The position numbers and the translations under genes are program-made. The notes beneath the pieces were generated by a model. It saw only the letters and a list, made by a program, of their open reading frames with translations, ran no database searches and was not told where the DNA came from. A DNA stretch of 64,000 bases from positions 124,616 through 188,615 of the forward strand of contig JAQGDQ010000409.1 in assembly GCA_030141605.1 (NCBI GenBank). Reading direction: 5' to 3'. Below, piece by piece: positions 26,477 through 38,310 of this stretch; position 1 is the stretch's first letter; each line of letters opens with the position of its first letter. Source of the DNA: Tubiluchus corallicola. Lineage: Eukaryota > Animalia > Priapulida.

Positions 26477-26975
26477 CAGAAATCTTTGGATTAGATGATC
26501 AGTACTTTGCATTTGCATTGTAGAGAGTTATAAGTGATTACTGTGTGTTTTCATGTGAAAATACATATCTAGAATTAGCACATCATCCAACAGTTACCGT
26601 TTTCGGTTCAAAAGCTTTATTCACAATGAATGTTGAGAATAAAGATTCCCCGCATTGACCTTATAATTATAACCACAAATCTTTGGGTTAGATGATCAAT
26701 ACTTTTGGCTTACATTGTAGAGTTATAAGTGATTAGGGTGTGTTTTCATGTGAAAATACATGTTTAGAATTAACACAACTTCCAACAGTTACAGCTTCCG
26801 GTTCAAAACGTATACTCACTATAGAGGCCGAGAATAAAGATTCCCCGTATTGACGATACGGTGTGTTTTCATGCGAAAATACATGTCTAGAATTAACACA
26901 ACATCCAACAGTTGCAGTTTTCGGTTCAAAACCTAAGGCCGAGAATAAAGATTCCCCGTATTGTCCTTATAATTA
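26477..26975. repeat. Imperfect tandem repeat, about 200-bp unit, about 2.5 copies
   Basis: GTGTGTTTTCATGTGAAAATACAT...GAGAATAAAGATTCCCCG recurs three times. Confidence 0.85.
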
Positions 26976-27626
26976 TCTGCCGCTTTTTGCGCTAACAGAG
27001 TTGACATCTTGCGTATAAACAAATTTCGTGCAGAGCCGTAATCCGCAATTAATTAATCCACGCGCCTGTTGAATTCTGTATTACTCGCACCATTCGTAAT
27101 CCCAGCAATCGTGTCGTAATCCGCGTAATCGTCAAAATCCGTCACACCGACACTGAGGTTAATTATCGATGATTTCTTTTCATCCATTAGGGGCGCTGCG
27201 ATCTACGCGGGGTTCCAAACAACAAACATTTTCTAAGCCTTCATGACAGAATCTCGACGCTCTGAATTATCTATTGCGATTATTATTTATTTATCCGCGT
27301 AAGATTTTTTCACTTAATGGTTCCGTTTTATCCCAGATATCCTACTTACCCCACTTATCCCCAGCTCACCTGGTTGTCTTGATCTACAAGTTGTTGTGTC
27401 AGGACAGATTGCTGAAGGGATATTACCCGATTATTACCTGACTGACGCATGTTTGCTGATTGAGTTTTGATTAGGTGTGGATTTTGTAATCAAGGATTTG
27501 TCACTTGCAGTCAGATTCGACCTCAATCATACAGGTATCTTCTAATGACGCCATCTTGGTTAACAAAAAGATTTATGCGAAAGTGTTATAAGTTGTATTA
27601 TCTAATTTTCATTAGTTTCAATCTGG

Positions 27627-28081
27627 TAAGGGAGTTCAGTCAACAAGACGGTTTTCCTTGGTTCATTGAATCTGACACAATGTAGCATGTTCACACTGAA
27701 GTGGATTTCTTGGAGTTTTAGTCAAATTTCTCAGTTGTCTGATAAGGGAGTTCAGTCAACAAGACGGTTTTCCTTAGTTCATTGAATCTTGCATAATGTA
27801 GCATGTTCACACTGAAATGGATTTTTTGGAGCTTTAGTCAAATTTCTCAGTTGTCTGATAAGGGTGTTCAGTCAATAAGACGTTTTTCCTTAGTTCATTG
27901 AATCTTACATAATGTAGCATGTTCACACTGAAATGGATTTCTTGGAGTTTTAGTCAAATTTCTCAGTTGTCTGATAAGGGAGTTTAGTCAATAAGACGGT
28001 TTTCCTTAGTTCATTGAATCTTACATAATGTAGCATGTTCACACTGAAATGGATTTCTTGGAGTTTTAGGCAAATTTCTCA
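27627..28081. repeat. Tandem repeat, 4 x 116 bp
   Basis: Units start at 27627, 27743, 27859 and 27975 (TAAGGGAGTTCAGTCAA...). Confidence 0.93.
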
Positions 28082-29218
28082 TTTGTTTTTGACATGATGC
28101 CATGACATGCTTTTGATATATATATTGTAACCAGTAATATTGTGCCAGGTATACCAGTAATATACGTAATCACTAATATAATTACGATATTCAATATCGT
28201 AACGTTGTATATCAGCCACACATTTCGCAGTGGTAGAAACAAAGCATGTTCACATTGAACAGGTTTACTGCACATAGTTACCCCTACCTGGTAATCACTG
28301 AGGTGATTAAGTAGGTTAATACGGTTGCCAAGACATGGACAAACCGTCTAGTTGAAAGAGTTGCGTTGTTAGTCCAAAAATCGTTTTAAATTTAGAAGTG
28401 ATGTTAGGTTTCTTACTTGAACTCTCTGCACACGCACGAACTTTCTACAGAGTTTGCTCATGTTACGTACGCTTGATGACTAGACACTATTGCTAACACC
28501 TTATTCACATTGAAGCAGTTTACGGAGTATGTTGTTTTGTTAACTCACTCACCTTTGCTGTTATATTTCTCGATCCGATCTTACCTAATTCATTCATAGT
28601 ACACCGAGATTTAAAGTGAGACGGTTTACTCAGCTTAGTTATTCAACTTTGTCTCTAATAGTCTATTCAATTGAGATAAATTCTCTTCGTAGAGGACGGC
28701 TTAGTATGGAGCACTTTGGTTTATGTAATCTTTCCATTCTTTTACCTGTGATTAATTACAGGTAACTGATAAGTTAGTGTTACCTGACTTGCACTCTGTG
28801 CACGTGGTCGTAAATATCAACGAATGCTTTAACAGTGCACGATTTCATCGTAATTTACTACCCAGAGTAGTAATGAAATTCGCTTGCACATTAATACCAG
28901 TGAAGTAACGTAGGAGTCCTTAATACGTTAAGAGCGTTTTTGGCTTTGGGGCTAAATACTGGCATTACCTGTTAAGCTTTGCTAACAATCTGTCACTTAG
29001 TTCTGTCTTTAGCAATAACTCAGGGATATTACTAACGTATAGTAAGCTTGTTATGATGTGATATTTACATAATGCTATTGAGAGCTGGAGGATAATGGCA
29101 TTGATAGTGCAAAGAGCAAAGACAAAGACGTAAATCTTCTGTAACAACTTCACAAAGGATTCTATTCTCCTTCTAATAACACTCCAGTAAGAAAGAAGCC
29201 AGTTACCTTTTGTGTTTA

Positions 29219-30233
29219 GTTAAAACAACGCAACTTTATTAAAACTTTTACATTAAAATGTTAGAATCATGCCAAACGTTTCGACTAGCTGCTGCTGTCA
29301 TCATCAGTGGTAAATTTACAAACATACAACCAGTTTATATAGGCAGAGCTTGTTATGCACTAACTAAGTAATTAACAGAGAATTATTAAATGAAATTATT
29401 AAAATCAGCTTTGCGGTCTGAGGCGTAAATATGGTCGTTAATGAGGGATTGAGGAGAATTTTTAATTTTTTGCCAGTTCTAGACGAAATACCTAAATCTT
29501 CACAAACCGTCCAGATCGAGGAGAATTTTTTAATTTGTTGCCAGTCGAAATACCCAAATGTTCACATATTCTTGCTTTAAAGTGTTTGACTGTTTTGTGA
29601 GGAGTTGGGTATTTCGTCTAGAACTGGTAAAAAATTAAAAAATTCTCCTCAATCCAGCATTAATGACCATATTTGTGCCTCTGGCCGCAAAGCTGATTTT
29701 AATAATTTCAGCATTGTGAGCAGAGCTACAAATAACTGGGACTTATTAATAAAAAAAGTTTATCTATGCACCCTAATAACCTTTTTCTTGATGTGCACAG
29801 TAGTTCAATTCCTTTAACTTTTTTTTCAAACACCTAGCTATTTGTTACTGTAACAATTTCTTTTCTACAGAGGGTTGTTTACCTGTTTGTTACCAGAAAG
29901 TTACCTGTTTGGCTTTTGTAGATACATAATTAGTGCATAAGTTACTGTATCAATTTCTTTTCTACTGGTCTGTTTAATCATTATTTATTTGGCTTTTGCT
30001 AATACATAATTAGTGTTTGATTTACTATATCAATTTCTTTATTGGTCTGTTTATTCATTACCTATTTGGCTTCTGTTAACTACTTAATTAGTGCATAATA
30101 GGCTCTGCCTGTATGAACTGGTTGTTTGTTTGTAAATTTGCCACTGGTGATGACAGCAGCTGTCTATCAAAGCGTTTGGCTTGATTTTAACTTTTTAATG
30201 TAAAAGTTTTAATAGAGTTGTGTTGTTTTTAAT
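29219..30233 (+). mobile_element. Penelope-like retroelement remnant with inverted pLTR arrangement
   Basis: About 29219-29380 is the reverse complement of about 30070-30233; inner sequence encodes the frameshifted C-terminus of a GIY-YIG endonuclease (GISSRTGKKLKNSPQSSINDHI...DFNNFSIV...LLIK/SL...SSIPL; FKARICEHLGIS on the inverted piece); hammerhead motif in the repeat. Confidence 0.82.
29272..29310 (-). ncRNA. Minimal type-I hammerhead ribozyme (Penelope-associated)
   Basis: Minus strand reads CCA-CTGATGA-T-GAC-agcagcagcta-GTC-GAAA-CGTT-TGG: core boxes, stem II GAC/GTC, stem I CCA/TGG and a palindromic ACGT in place of stem III. Confidence 0.72.
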
Positions 30234-30400
30234 TATAAGTTCTTTGAAAATAAGATAGTGCTCTTCTGAGATTTGCCATGGTCGTAATCATAAAAAAAGT
30301 TAAAATGCCTCTCGATTCCTTTCAAAGATCTTGAAAGATGTAGCTAGGATCTTGAAAGAGCTTGAAATTCTTTCAAGATCTTAACTGTATCTAATCGATG

Positions 30401-30436
30401 TCAACTGATGAGGTCCGAGAGGACGAAAGCTCCTGA
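30401..30436 (+). ncRNA. Second minimal hammerhead ribozyme motif
   Basis: TCAA-CTGATGA-G-GTCC-GAGA-GGAC-GAAA-GCTC-CTGA: intact core boxes, 4-bp stem II with GNRA loop, palindromic AGCT; stem I is weak; AATAAA follows at about 30443. Confidence 0.68.
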
Positions 30437-31145
30437 AGCAAAAATAAAGAATTTTTTGAGATTTGTGGGCATTTTAACTCCTTTTACGATTATAAATACT
30501 TTACCTCTTTTCCCCCTTCCCGTCTTCGCGTATTGGTCGGTCAAAGAAAAAATAAACCAGCAGTTTTTGACTCGTGGTTTCTTTTTTGCAGGTTTATTGA
30601 GAAAAGTTTTCTGAAGTAATATGGCGCTTAATTTCTGTTCGTCTCTAATCAAATTTGCCAGAATCAGTTATCTAATGAGTAAGTACGGGATTTTATTATA
30701 CACTAGACGATTGTCACCTTTAGCAAGCTTGTTGCAAAGTACAAAAGTCATTTTTGCTTTAATTACCTATTGTTCTCATAGCTTAGCACAAAATGAAACT
30801 GAAATTTCAATATCATTAAAGGAAACAGCATGCCATTTAGCATGTTGGGTTTATTTTATTGTTATTACTTAAACTTAAAGTAACACAACGAAGAACTATA
30901 TAGATTACATAGTGGCTTTGGCAGAGGGTAAAGCAATCATACTTCTTGCCAAATATAATTTTGTCTAGGTGTTTCGTACAGTATAGCTAAAAGTTGTACA
31001 AAATGCATAAAGCCAGTTAAATTAAAATGTTAATCAAGTCGCGAGTAAGCCAATAAACTGTTTTTTGCATTGCAACCCAAGCATAGCATTTTGTTGGCTA
31101 TGTCTAACCGATACTGTGTGTTATAAATGTAATTGGTCAGATTAA

Positions 31146-31659
31146 AGGAAAAGACAAGTAAATTAGCATGTTGAGTTTATTTTACTGTTATCACAAATTT
31201 AGAAAACTGTAACAGAGATATTTACAAAAAGCTCTCTATAAGGCATAAAGTTAATTTATACTGCTGCTATGTAGAACTTTTCAACTGCGATGGTGGCCGC
31301 CATTCACTTGAAGATTGTGACGTAACTGGTGGAGTTCGTGACTCTGTGCTACTTAACTAATTCAAATTTCTGCAGCTTACCCAATGTTCATGCCAAAACA
31401 TAACAAAATTATCTATCTGATTTTTTTCAAAAAAGTTATTATACTTTGACGGAAGTTGACAGTGCGCTACTTTTCTTCAGTCGATGAATGACGTCACTGA
31501 AGGTTCAAAATGGGACCACTCAAACGTGAAGTGATCGTGATACTAAAATGATTTTACTAATTACACGGGGTGTTTATCATACTCTTCTTACTAAATTCTT
31601 CTAACATTTTTGGGAAACATTGAAATAATCCCAACTTCCCATAAGGCTTTGTCTTTCCT
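31146..31659 (+). mobile_element. MITE family E, TTAA TSD, Kolobok-like
   Basis: ttaa|AGGAAAAGACAA...TTGTCTTTCCT|ttaa; right-end fragments near 530-665 and 37505-37687; left-end fragment near 30816-30870. Confidence 0.75.
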
Positions 31660-32377
31660 TTAATAAATTGTGCAAAAGCCAGCCTGTAAAATTGGCTTCC
31701 ATCATTGGAGAAAAAAGAAATGCGGTAGAATATTTCTAAAAATGACTGTTGTATATTTATTACGTTCTGACTACTAGGCAGCACCTGCTCCTCAGGCAAA
31801 TAAGCAAAATATTTTTAATTTTTTCAAAAGAGATTATTATTGTTGTTGTTGTCATCGTCATCGTCATCATCGTCGTCATCATTGTTGTTACCATTTATTC
31901 ATACTTGGGTACTATACAAAATTAGGTACAAGGATTAGTCATAAATAACAATATCTAAATAATTAATAAAATAATAATGGTTAATTTAAAAAGACGACAT
32001 TACTTTAAAAATTAATGTCATAGTAATAGACCTATAACATATAAACTTGTTACCCATAATCAAGTGTATGTACAAACTATCTATAACATAACATTTTCTA
32101 ACAGTCAAGTAAAATACAACTAGTTACAGCAAATACGAATTAGTATAGAAATTTGCTTTTATGTTTCAAGAAAGTTGTTATTTGTTTCGATACCTTGTAT
32201 TGTATCTCTGACAATTGAACAACTTGTTTCTCATCTTGGTTATAAGATTTCCCAATTATACAATGCATTAAATGTTTCAAATCATGACAGTTCAAATTAT
32301 TATTATGTTTATAAAGTATTAACTGCAAGTTGTAGCCAAAAATATGATATATGATTTTAAGTCTCATTAAGGTTTTA

Positions 32378-32442
<65 letters not shown>

Positions 32443-32451
32443 CTCGCTCTG

Positions 32452-32502
<51 letters not shown>

Positions 32503-32588
32503 TTCTTTCTCTCTGTCGGTCTCTCTCTCGCCCTCTTTCTATCTCTCTCCATCCCTCTCTCTCGCTGTCTCTCTCTCTCTCTCTGTCG

Positions 32589-32644
<56 letters not shown>

Positions 32645-32670
32645 TACTCTCTCTCTCACTCTATCTCCTC
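32378..32670. repeat. (CT)n microsatellite
   Basis: Direct inspection. Confidence 0.95.
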
Positions 32671-33823
32671 TCATCTCATTTTTCATAATTTATCGCTTGT
32701 TTACATTAGCTTCTTGACAATAGTGACCAACAAAACACCGTGTCAACAACGTGGACAAAGCAAACCAACTGTTCTCTCTTCTCTTGTGCCACTCATGGTC
32801 AACACAGGTTGTAGGGCGACCTGTTTAACTAGTATTATTACTCGTGCTTGCATTCATCTATTATTTGTGCAGTTATTGCATGATGACACGTCACGGTATG
32901 TATTGACTATTGGGACAAGGCTGGTCATCTAACTCCTTGCATGCAACCATGACATAACCACACTGTCGCCATTCATTAGTGGACGTGTAGGTCAATATGT
33001 GAAACAATGATGTCATGATAATGCACAATGCTCGCCGCAGAGTGGCGCATTTATAATGCATGAGCTTATTGGGTATTGTGTCATATGTTTACTTGTGCGT
33101 CAACAATCGGTAACTGCTACCTGTAGATTTGTCAAGGGGAAATGAAGCCGTGCCCGTAGACTCACTTTTGCCATCTTTACTTTACTGAACAATGAACAGT
33201 TTTGCTCAAAACGAAAATTTTATGATATAAATGGGTTTGCCACTTCACGACGAAAAATAGTTCGTTTTCCACTGGTCATGCGGAAACCGATGGTCAGTGT
33301 TATCCAAAGCTGCTTTTGTAGCAGTGGCACAACTTTTTATGAGGGTTTTCGCAGATGACCTCCTTACGGTTTCTGAGGAAGAGTGTGGACGTCATTTCGC
33401 ACAAAATAGCTTTGAATGCAATATAATCATTTAAGATCTAAATAAATTAATATTTAAATGCTGTTTTCAGGTTATTCAATAAGCTAAAGTTTAATTAGAA
33501 TGCCTGTTAAGTGAAAAAGAAAATTTAACAGAATTATAATATTAATAATTAAAAAATGTAAAAGATGAGAATAATAAATGGTGTGATAATAGAATAATAA
33601 CACTTTCAGTCAAATTAACAAAAGAATAATAAAACAGAGGAAAATTATAAATAGTATATTACAAGAGAACACTAATATTAATTACAATGGAAAGAGGGGA
33701 ATAGTAAGTAGTATAGCGTAACAGAATAATGCTTATAATGAACTATAGTATTTACGATGACAAAATAGTGATATAAAAATAACAAATAAGTGACAAAGAA
33801 GTAGCGTCATAAAGTAGATAAGA

Positions 33824-34030
33824 TTCAGATCACCAATGATTTGAAATTGTAACGGCAACGGCAAGAATACTAAATGGCAAAATCCAATCTTCAGATCATC
33901 AATGATTTGAAATTGTAACGGCAACGGCAACGGCGAGAATACTAACTGGCAAAACCTAAAATTCAGATTATCACTGATTTGCATTTGTAACGGTAACGGC
34001 AAGAGTACTGAAAGACAAAACCCAATTTTG
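33824..34030. repeat. Tandem repeat, 3 x about 66-72 bp, upstream of MRPS12
   Basis: TTCAGAT...GATTTG(A/C)A(A/T)TTGTAACGG(C/T)AACGGCAA at about 33824, 33890 and 33962. Confidence 0.85.
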
Positions 34031-34115
34031 TCCTGGGTTAGGACTAAACTATAGAATATACTATATACAACATGTTTTATACAATCATACGGTTTGGAGA
34101 GAACCAATTACGCTA

Positions 34116-34194
34116 ATGAGACGATGTTACATTGTTTCGGATAAAGTTGTAAAGTTGTTTCGGATTTGTGTGTTGCGTCCTTACTTGTGTTGTT
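34116..34194 (+). CDS. MRPS12: Candidate first exon of MRPS12 (possible mitochondrial presequence)
   Basis: ATG at 34116 is open to a GTAAGT donor at 34195 in phase 1, compatible with the 34440 acceptor (MRRCYIVSDKVVKLFRICVLRPYLCC|YSPV). A second acceptor at 34266 makes the 5' structure uncertain. Confidence 0.35.
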
Positions 34195-34439
34195 GTAAGT
34201 GTAAATCGCTAAATAGCGACAGTAAATAAATGTTGTCTTTTTGTGTTTTGTCTTTTTTGTCTTTAGTATGATTTGTAATTCGCACGAAGCGTAACTATGG
34301 CTACAAGCAGAAGCGAGTGTAGCGTTTTGTTTATGCCTGTATCACTTATAAAAGCTGAAATTACCGTTGTTTGTTTCTCTAGACATGTATATTGATAATG
34401 TGAACGCACCTTTAGTTATTCATGCTTCTTCATTTTCAG

Positions 34440-34807
34440 ATTCACCCGTTACAAACGTCGCAAGGACAATGGCCAGTCTATTCCAGATGCACAAGACCGG
34501 CCCTCACATCAAAAAGAAAAAACCCATTGAGTTAAGGCCCATGCAAGGTCGCCCGCAGATGAAAGGAATTGTCCTCAAGACTTTGATCAAAAAACCTAAA
34601 AAACCAAATTCTGCAAACCGGAAATGCGTCCGAGTCAGGCTGTCCAGCGGCAAGGAAGTGACGGCATACATACCCGGAGAGGGACACAATTTACAGGAAC
34701 ACAATATTGTGCTGATTAGGGGAGGTAGGACCAAGGACTTGCCCGGGGTAAAACATAAAGTCATACGTGGAAAGTACGACTGCGCACACGTGGTGAAGAA
34801 AAAATAA
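34440..34807 (+). CDS. MRPS12: Mitochondrial ribosomal protein S12 (uS12m), main coding exon
   Basis: MASLFQMHK...[52 protein letters not shown]...DLPGVK...RGKYDCAHV is the uS12 signature; NSANRKC and KYDC indicate the metazoan mitochondrial type; TTTTCAG acceptor at 34439; AATAAA downstream near 34885. Confidence 0.96.
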
Positions 34808-34924
34808 ATCATATTCCAAGTATGTGAAGAAATAGTTGTGTAATATTGTACATAGTGTTTGTTATTTGTGTGTTGAAATTGAATAAATAAAACTGATGAA
34901 TTTGAAAAAAATGTGTACGATCAA

Positions 34925-35120
34925 ACATTGGAATCTAGTTATTTGTAAAAGGCAATATCCTCAGATGAGGCACTGAACCAATACAGGTGATTTGAGTGGA
35001 TCATGGACAAAGAACGCACCCTAAAACCAATTTTCCAGTGATCTCTTATCCATTTTTGTCCGAGCCTGATGTTGCTTAACTTAGGTAGTTAAGTATTCAC
35101 CATCACTACTCAGCCACTCA
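34925..35120 (-). mobile_element. Degenerate SINE with 5S rRNA-like segment
   Basis: Minus strand AAGTTAAGCAACATCAGGCTCGGACAAAAATGGATAAGAGATCACTGGAAAA resembles the 5S internal control region; related segments near 6430-6470, 9695-9750 and 16863-16960. Confidence 0.45.
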
Positions 35121-36221
35121 TCTCCTAATGTTATAGAATGCTGTCGTAGTTTTACACGACTTGTAATAGAAAAGTGATTTGATATACTCCTCCTTTTCTA
35201 GTTAAAAGTATATAGTGATATAAGGGCTGAATCGTTTGCACATAGTGTAGAAAAGCCAGCTATTTCTAAACTTGACTGTGCCTTTAAAGGAGAGTAATAG
35301 CGAATTTTAAAGTATGTCCCAGAAAGTAAACCATACAATGTTGTATTACTTAGCATTACGCTTAGCTGTTTGAAAGACTTATGTAATTAGGAAAGAAAAA
35401 TTTAATAGTTTCAAATATTTGTGCCACCTGGTAACACAGCACTGCATCACCGTCCCAGTGTGCACCACTGATTCACCAAAAGACATTATTGCACAAGTGA
35501 TATTATACAAATAAAACTGATAATAATTAATCTTATTGACAATATAAAACTATCTAACCTTTTGCTTAATTAGCGAAGTGTGGGGGTATGAATGGTCTGA
35601 TTATTTTTTTGAACTTTGCACAATGTTACCTAAACCTTTTTCAATCTTAAAATAGCTGCGCTTAACGATCATTGCGAGAGTTTAAACTTGCATGTTTTAT
35701 ACAGCATTGCTGCTAATGCAAGCTCTGTATGCAATGAGACAGCATATAAGCGATATAAAATTTCAATACGAATTTTTTAATCTTTATTTATGAAAAGTAT
35801 TTTCTTTTGCTTTAAGTAACATGACCTGAGCTCATGTTTGAATCAACCTCAATCAACTGTCTATGCAACTGACCCTGCCAGCCACAATACATTACGCTAG
35901 GCAATCATGTAATTGCATTTTTATGCTATTCACCCCATAAGTCTAAGTAGATAACATTATTCACGAATGTCTAAAAGGCTGTTTGTTGTTCATTTTTACT
36001 TCACAATGTCTGAATTGATAGGTTATTGGACATGACACTGTCCGACGTAAGGTTATCCTTTTTTTACTGCAAATTACTTGTGGGGTGCAACGTTTCTTGT
36101 TAAGAATGTAAGGCTTTATTATTGAGACGTGTTAGATGTTTACTTCCCTGTTACCATTCTTACCCAATTTGTTGCAATTTAAAGGAGAATTCAACCCTTA
36201 AACAACATTCTTGTACTTTGA

Positions 36222-36894
36222 AGGACAAGAAAAGGAGTACCTGAAGTATGTTTCAGAAAAATCGCCTTAAAAATTATGTTACTTTATAGCAATTTTACGT
36301 ATATATCGTACTCGCGTTGAAAGGAATTTTTGTTTGTTTTCATTTAAAATTTCCCGTTACACTGTACCGACCGCGCCATTACATGACATCATATACGCAC
36401 AACGTAAATCAGGAAAAGAAAAGAAAATGTTAAACTAAGTACAAAAAAAATTTCCATGCAAAATTATATTTCGTTACCTGCTTAAAAGACTTATGTAACT
36501 AGAAAAGAGAATTATCAATTATTTAAAATGCTTTCACTATTTGGTAAAATGCCGCTAATTCACCCTCAAGGGTGCACCACTCATTAACCAAAAACGTAGT
36601 TTTAATCTTATTGACAAGATACTGTAATAATAAATTTTATTGAGTTAGTAACTTGTGTGCTACGAATGCTCTGATTATTTTTTCAAAGTTTACACAATGT
36701 TATCTAAACTTGTTTCAAATGACCTGTCGTCAAAATGGCTGCGCCTAACGATCATCGCGCGAGTTTAAATTGACGTGTTTTATACAGCGTTACTGCCGAT
36801 GCAAGTCTACTATGCAAAAAGGCAGTACGTAAGTGGTATAAAATTTCAAGACGAATTTTTTAAGCTATATGTAAGTGGAGGGTTTTCTTGTGCT
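36222..36894 (-). mobile_element. MITE family A, full-length copy
   Basis: Reverse complement of 2316-2978; ttga|AGGACAAGAAAA...TTTTCTTGTGCT|ttaa. Confidence 0.8.
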
Positions 36895-37724
36895 TTAATA
36901 TACACTTAGAAATGTTGAAATTAGCTCACAATATACACTTTAGTAAAAATACTAAAGAAATTTAGATCATTTTTATTTCCTACCAAACAAACCTCGCTAG
37001 GGCATAATTGAAAAAAGTGACGTAAGCTGGTGGACAGCACGAAGGCTTGCGTAACTAAACTTCTGCAGTTCACTATTCTAGCTGACTAAATCTTTCTGTT
37101 AAAATGTGTTTATGTAAAAATTAGTGGGATCAATTTGTAATAACTTTAGTGCTTAGATAGCTTTAATCAACAGGATTATATCTCAAAATACGTAACACAA
37201 AGTTATTACAGATAAGCATGAAGTACTGGGAGGCTTCGAGCATACAGTAGGTGCTGGGCGGAGCTGATAGAATTCAGTTTAACTTGTTAAAATAACTTTG
37301 TTGGCGTTAACTATCCGAGTTGGAGAAAATTATATTATAGTCGGTAACTGGTTTTCGTTACACAGTGGGCAACTGAATTGATAAGAAAGCAAAAAATACT
37401 ATTAATAATCTTTTATTTAATGTTTTGAATTGTCTATAGTTCATAATATTTGCATCAAAGTTTGCTCAAGCACCTGGCGGGATAAATGTTTTATGTTGCA
37501 CGGTAACTGGATGACGCCATTTTTCGTTCAAAATGAGCGCCCCCAAGCGTGAAGTGATCGCAACTTTTAATTTATTTTACTAATCTGCACAAAGGCTTGT
37601 CACGGTTTTATTGCTGAAATTCTCTAACATTTTTGTTAAACATTAAAAGAAGCTCAACTTCCCGGAGAGACTTGACTTTGCCTTTAACAATGGTTTGTAA
37701 AACACACGGATTGTTCGTTGTGCA

Positions 37725-37817
37725 TGAGAGAGAGACAAAGACAGAGTGCGAGAGAGAGAGAAAGTGAGAGTGAGAGAGAAAGAGAGAGAGAGAGAGGGGG
37801 AGAGAGAGACAGAGGGG

Positions 37818-37887
<70 letters not shown>

Positions 37888-37947
37888 AAGAGAGGGAGGG
37901 AGAGAGAGAGGGGGAGTGGGAGGGAGAGAGAGGGAGAGAGAGAGAGA

Positions 37948-38036
<89 letters not shown>

Positions 38037-38230
38037 GGAGAGAGAGGGAGAGAGAGAGAGAGGGAGGAAGAGAGGGAGGGAGAGAGAGAATGAGATAGAG
38101 TGAGGGAGAGAGAATGAGATAGAGTGAGGGAGAGAGGGGCAGAGAGAGAGAGGGAGGATGAGAGAATGAGAGAGAGTGAGGGAGAGAGTTGGAGAGAGAG
38201 GGGAGAGAGAGAGAAAAAGAGAGAAAGCGA

Positions 38231-38308
<78 letters not shown>
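37725..38308. repeat. Compound (GA)n-(GT)n-(GA)n microsatellite
   Basis: Direct inspection. Confidence 0.95.

Positions 38309-38310
<2 letters not shown>

Noticed and set aside
34367-34807. uS12 ORF as bacterial rpsL (contamination or horizontal transfer), and the ORF-track start at 34367
   Set aside because: Metazoan mitochondrial-type residues, a splice acceptor at 34439, a poly(A) signal and no rpsG/fusA neighbours; the 34367 start is a TTG in probable intron
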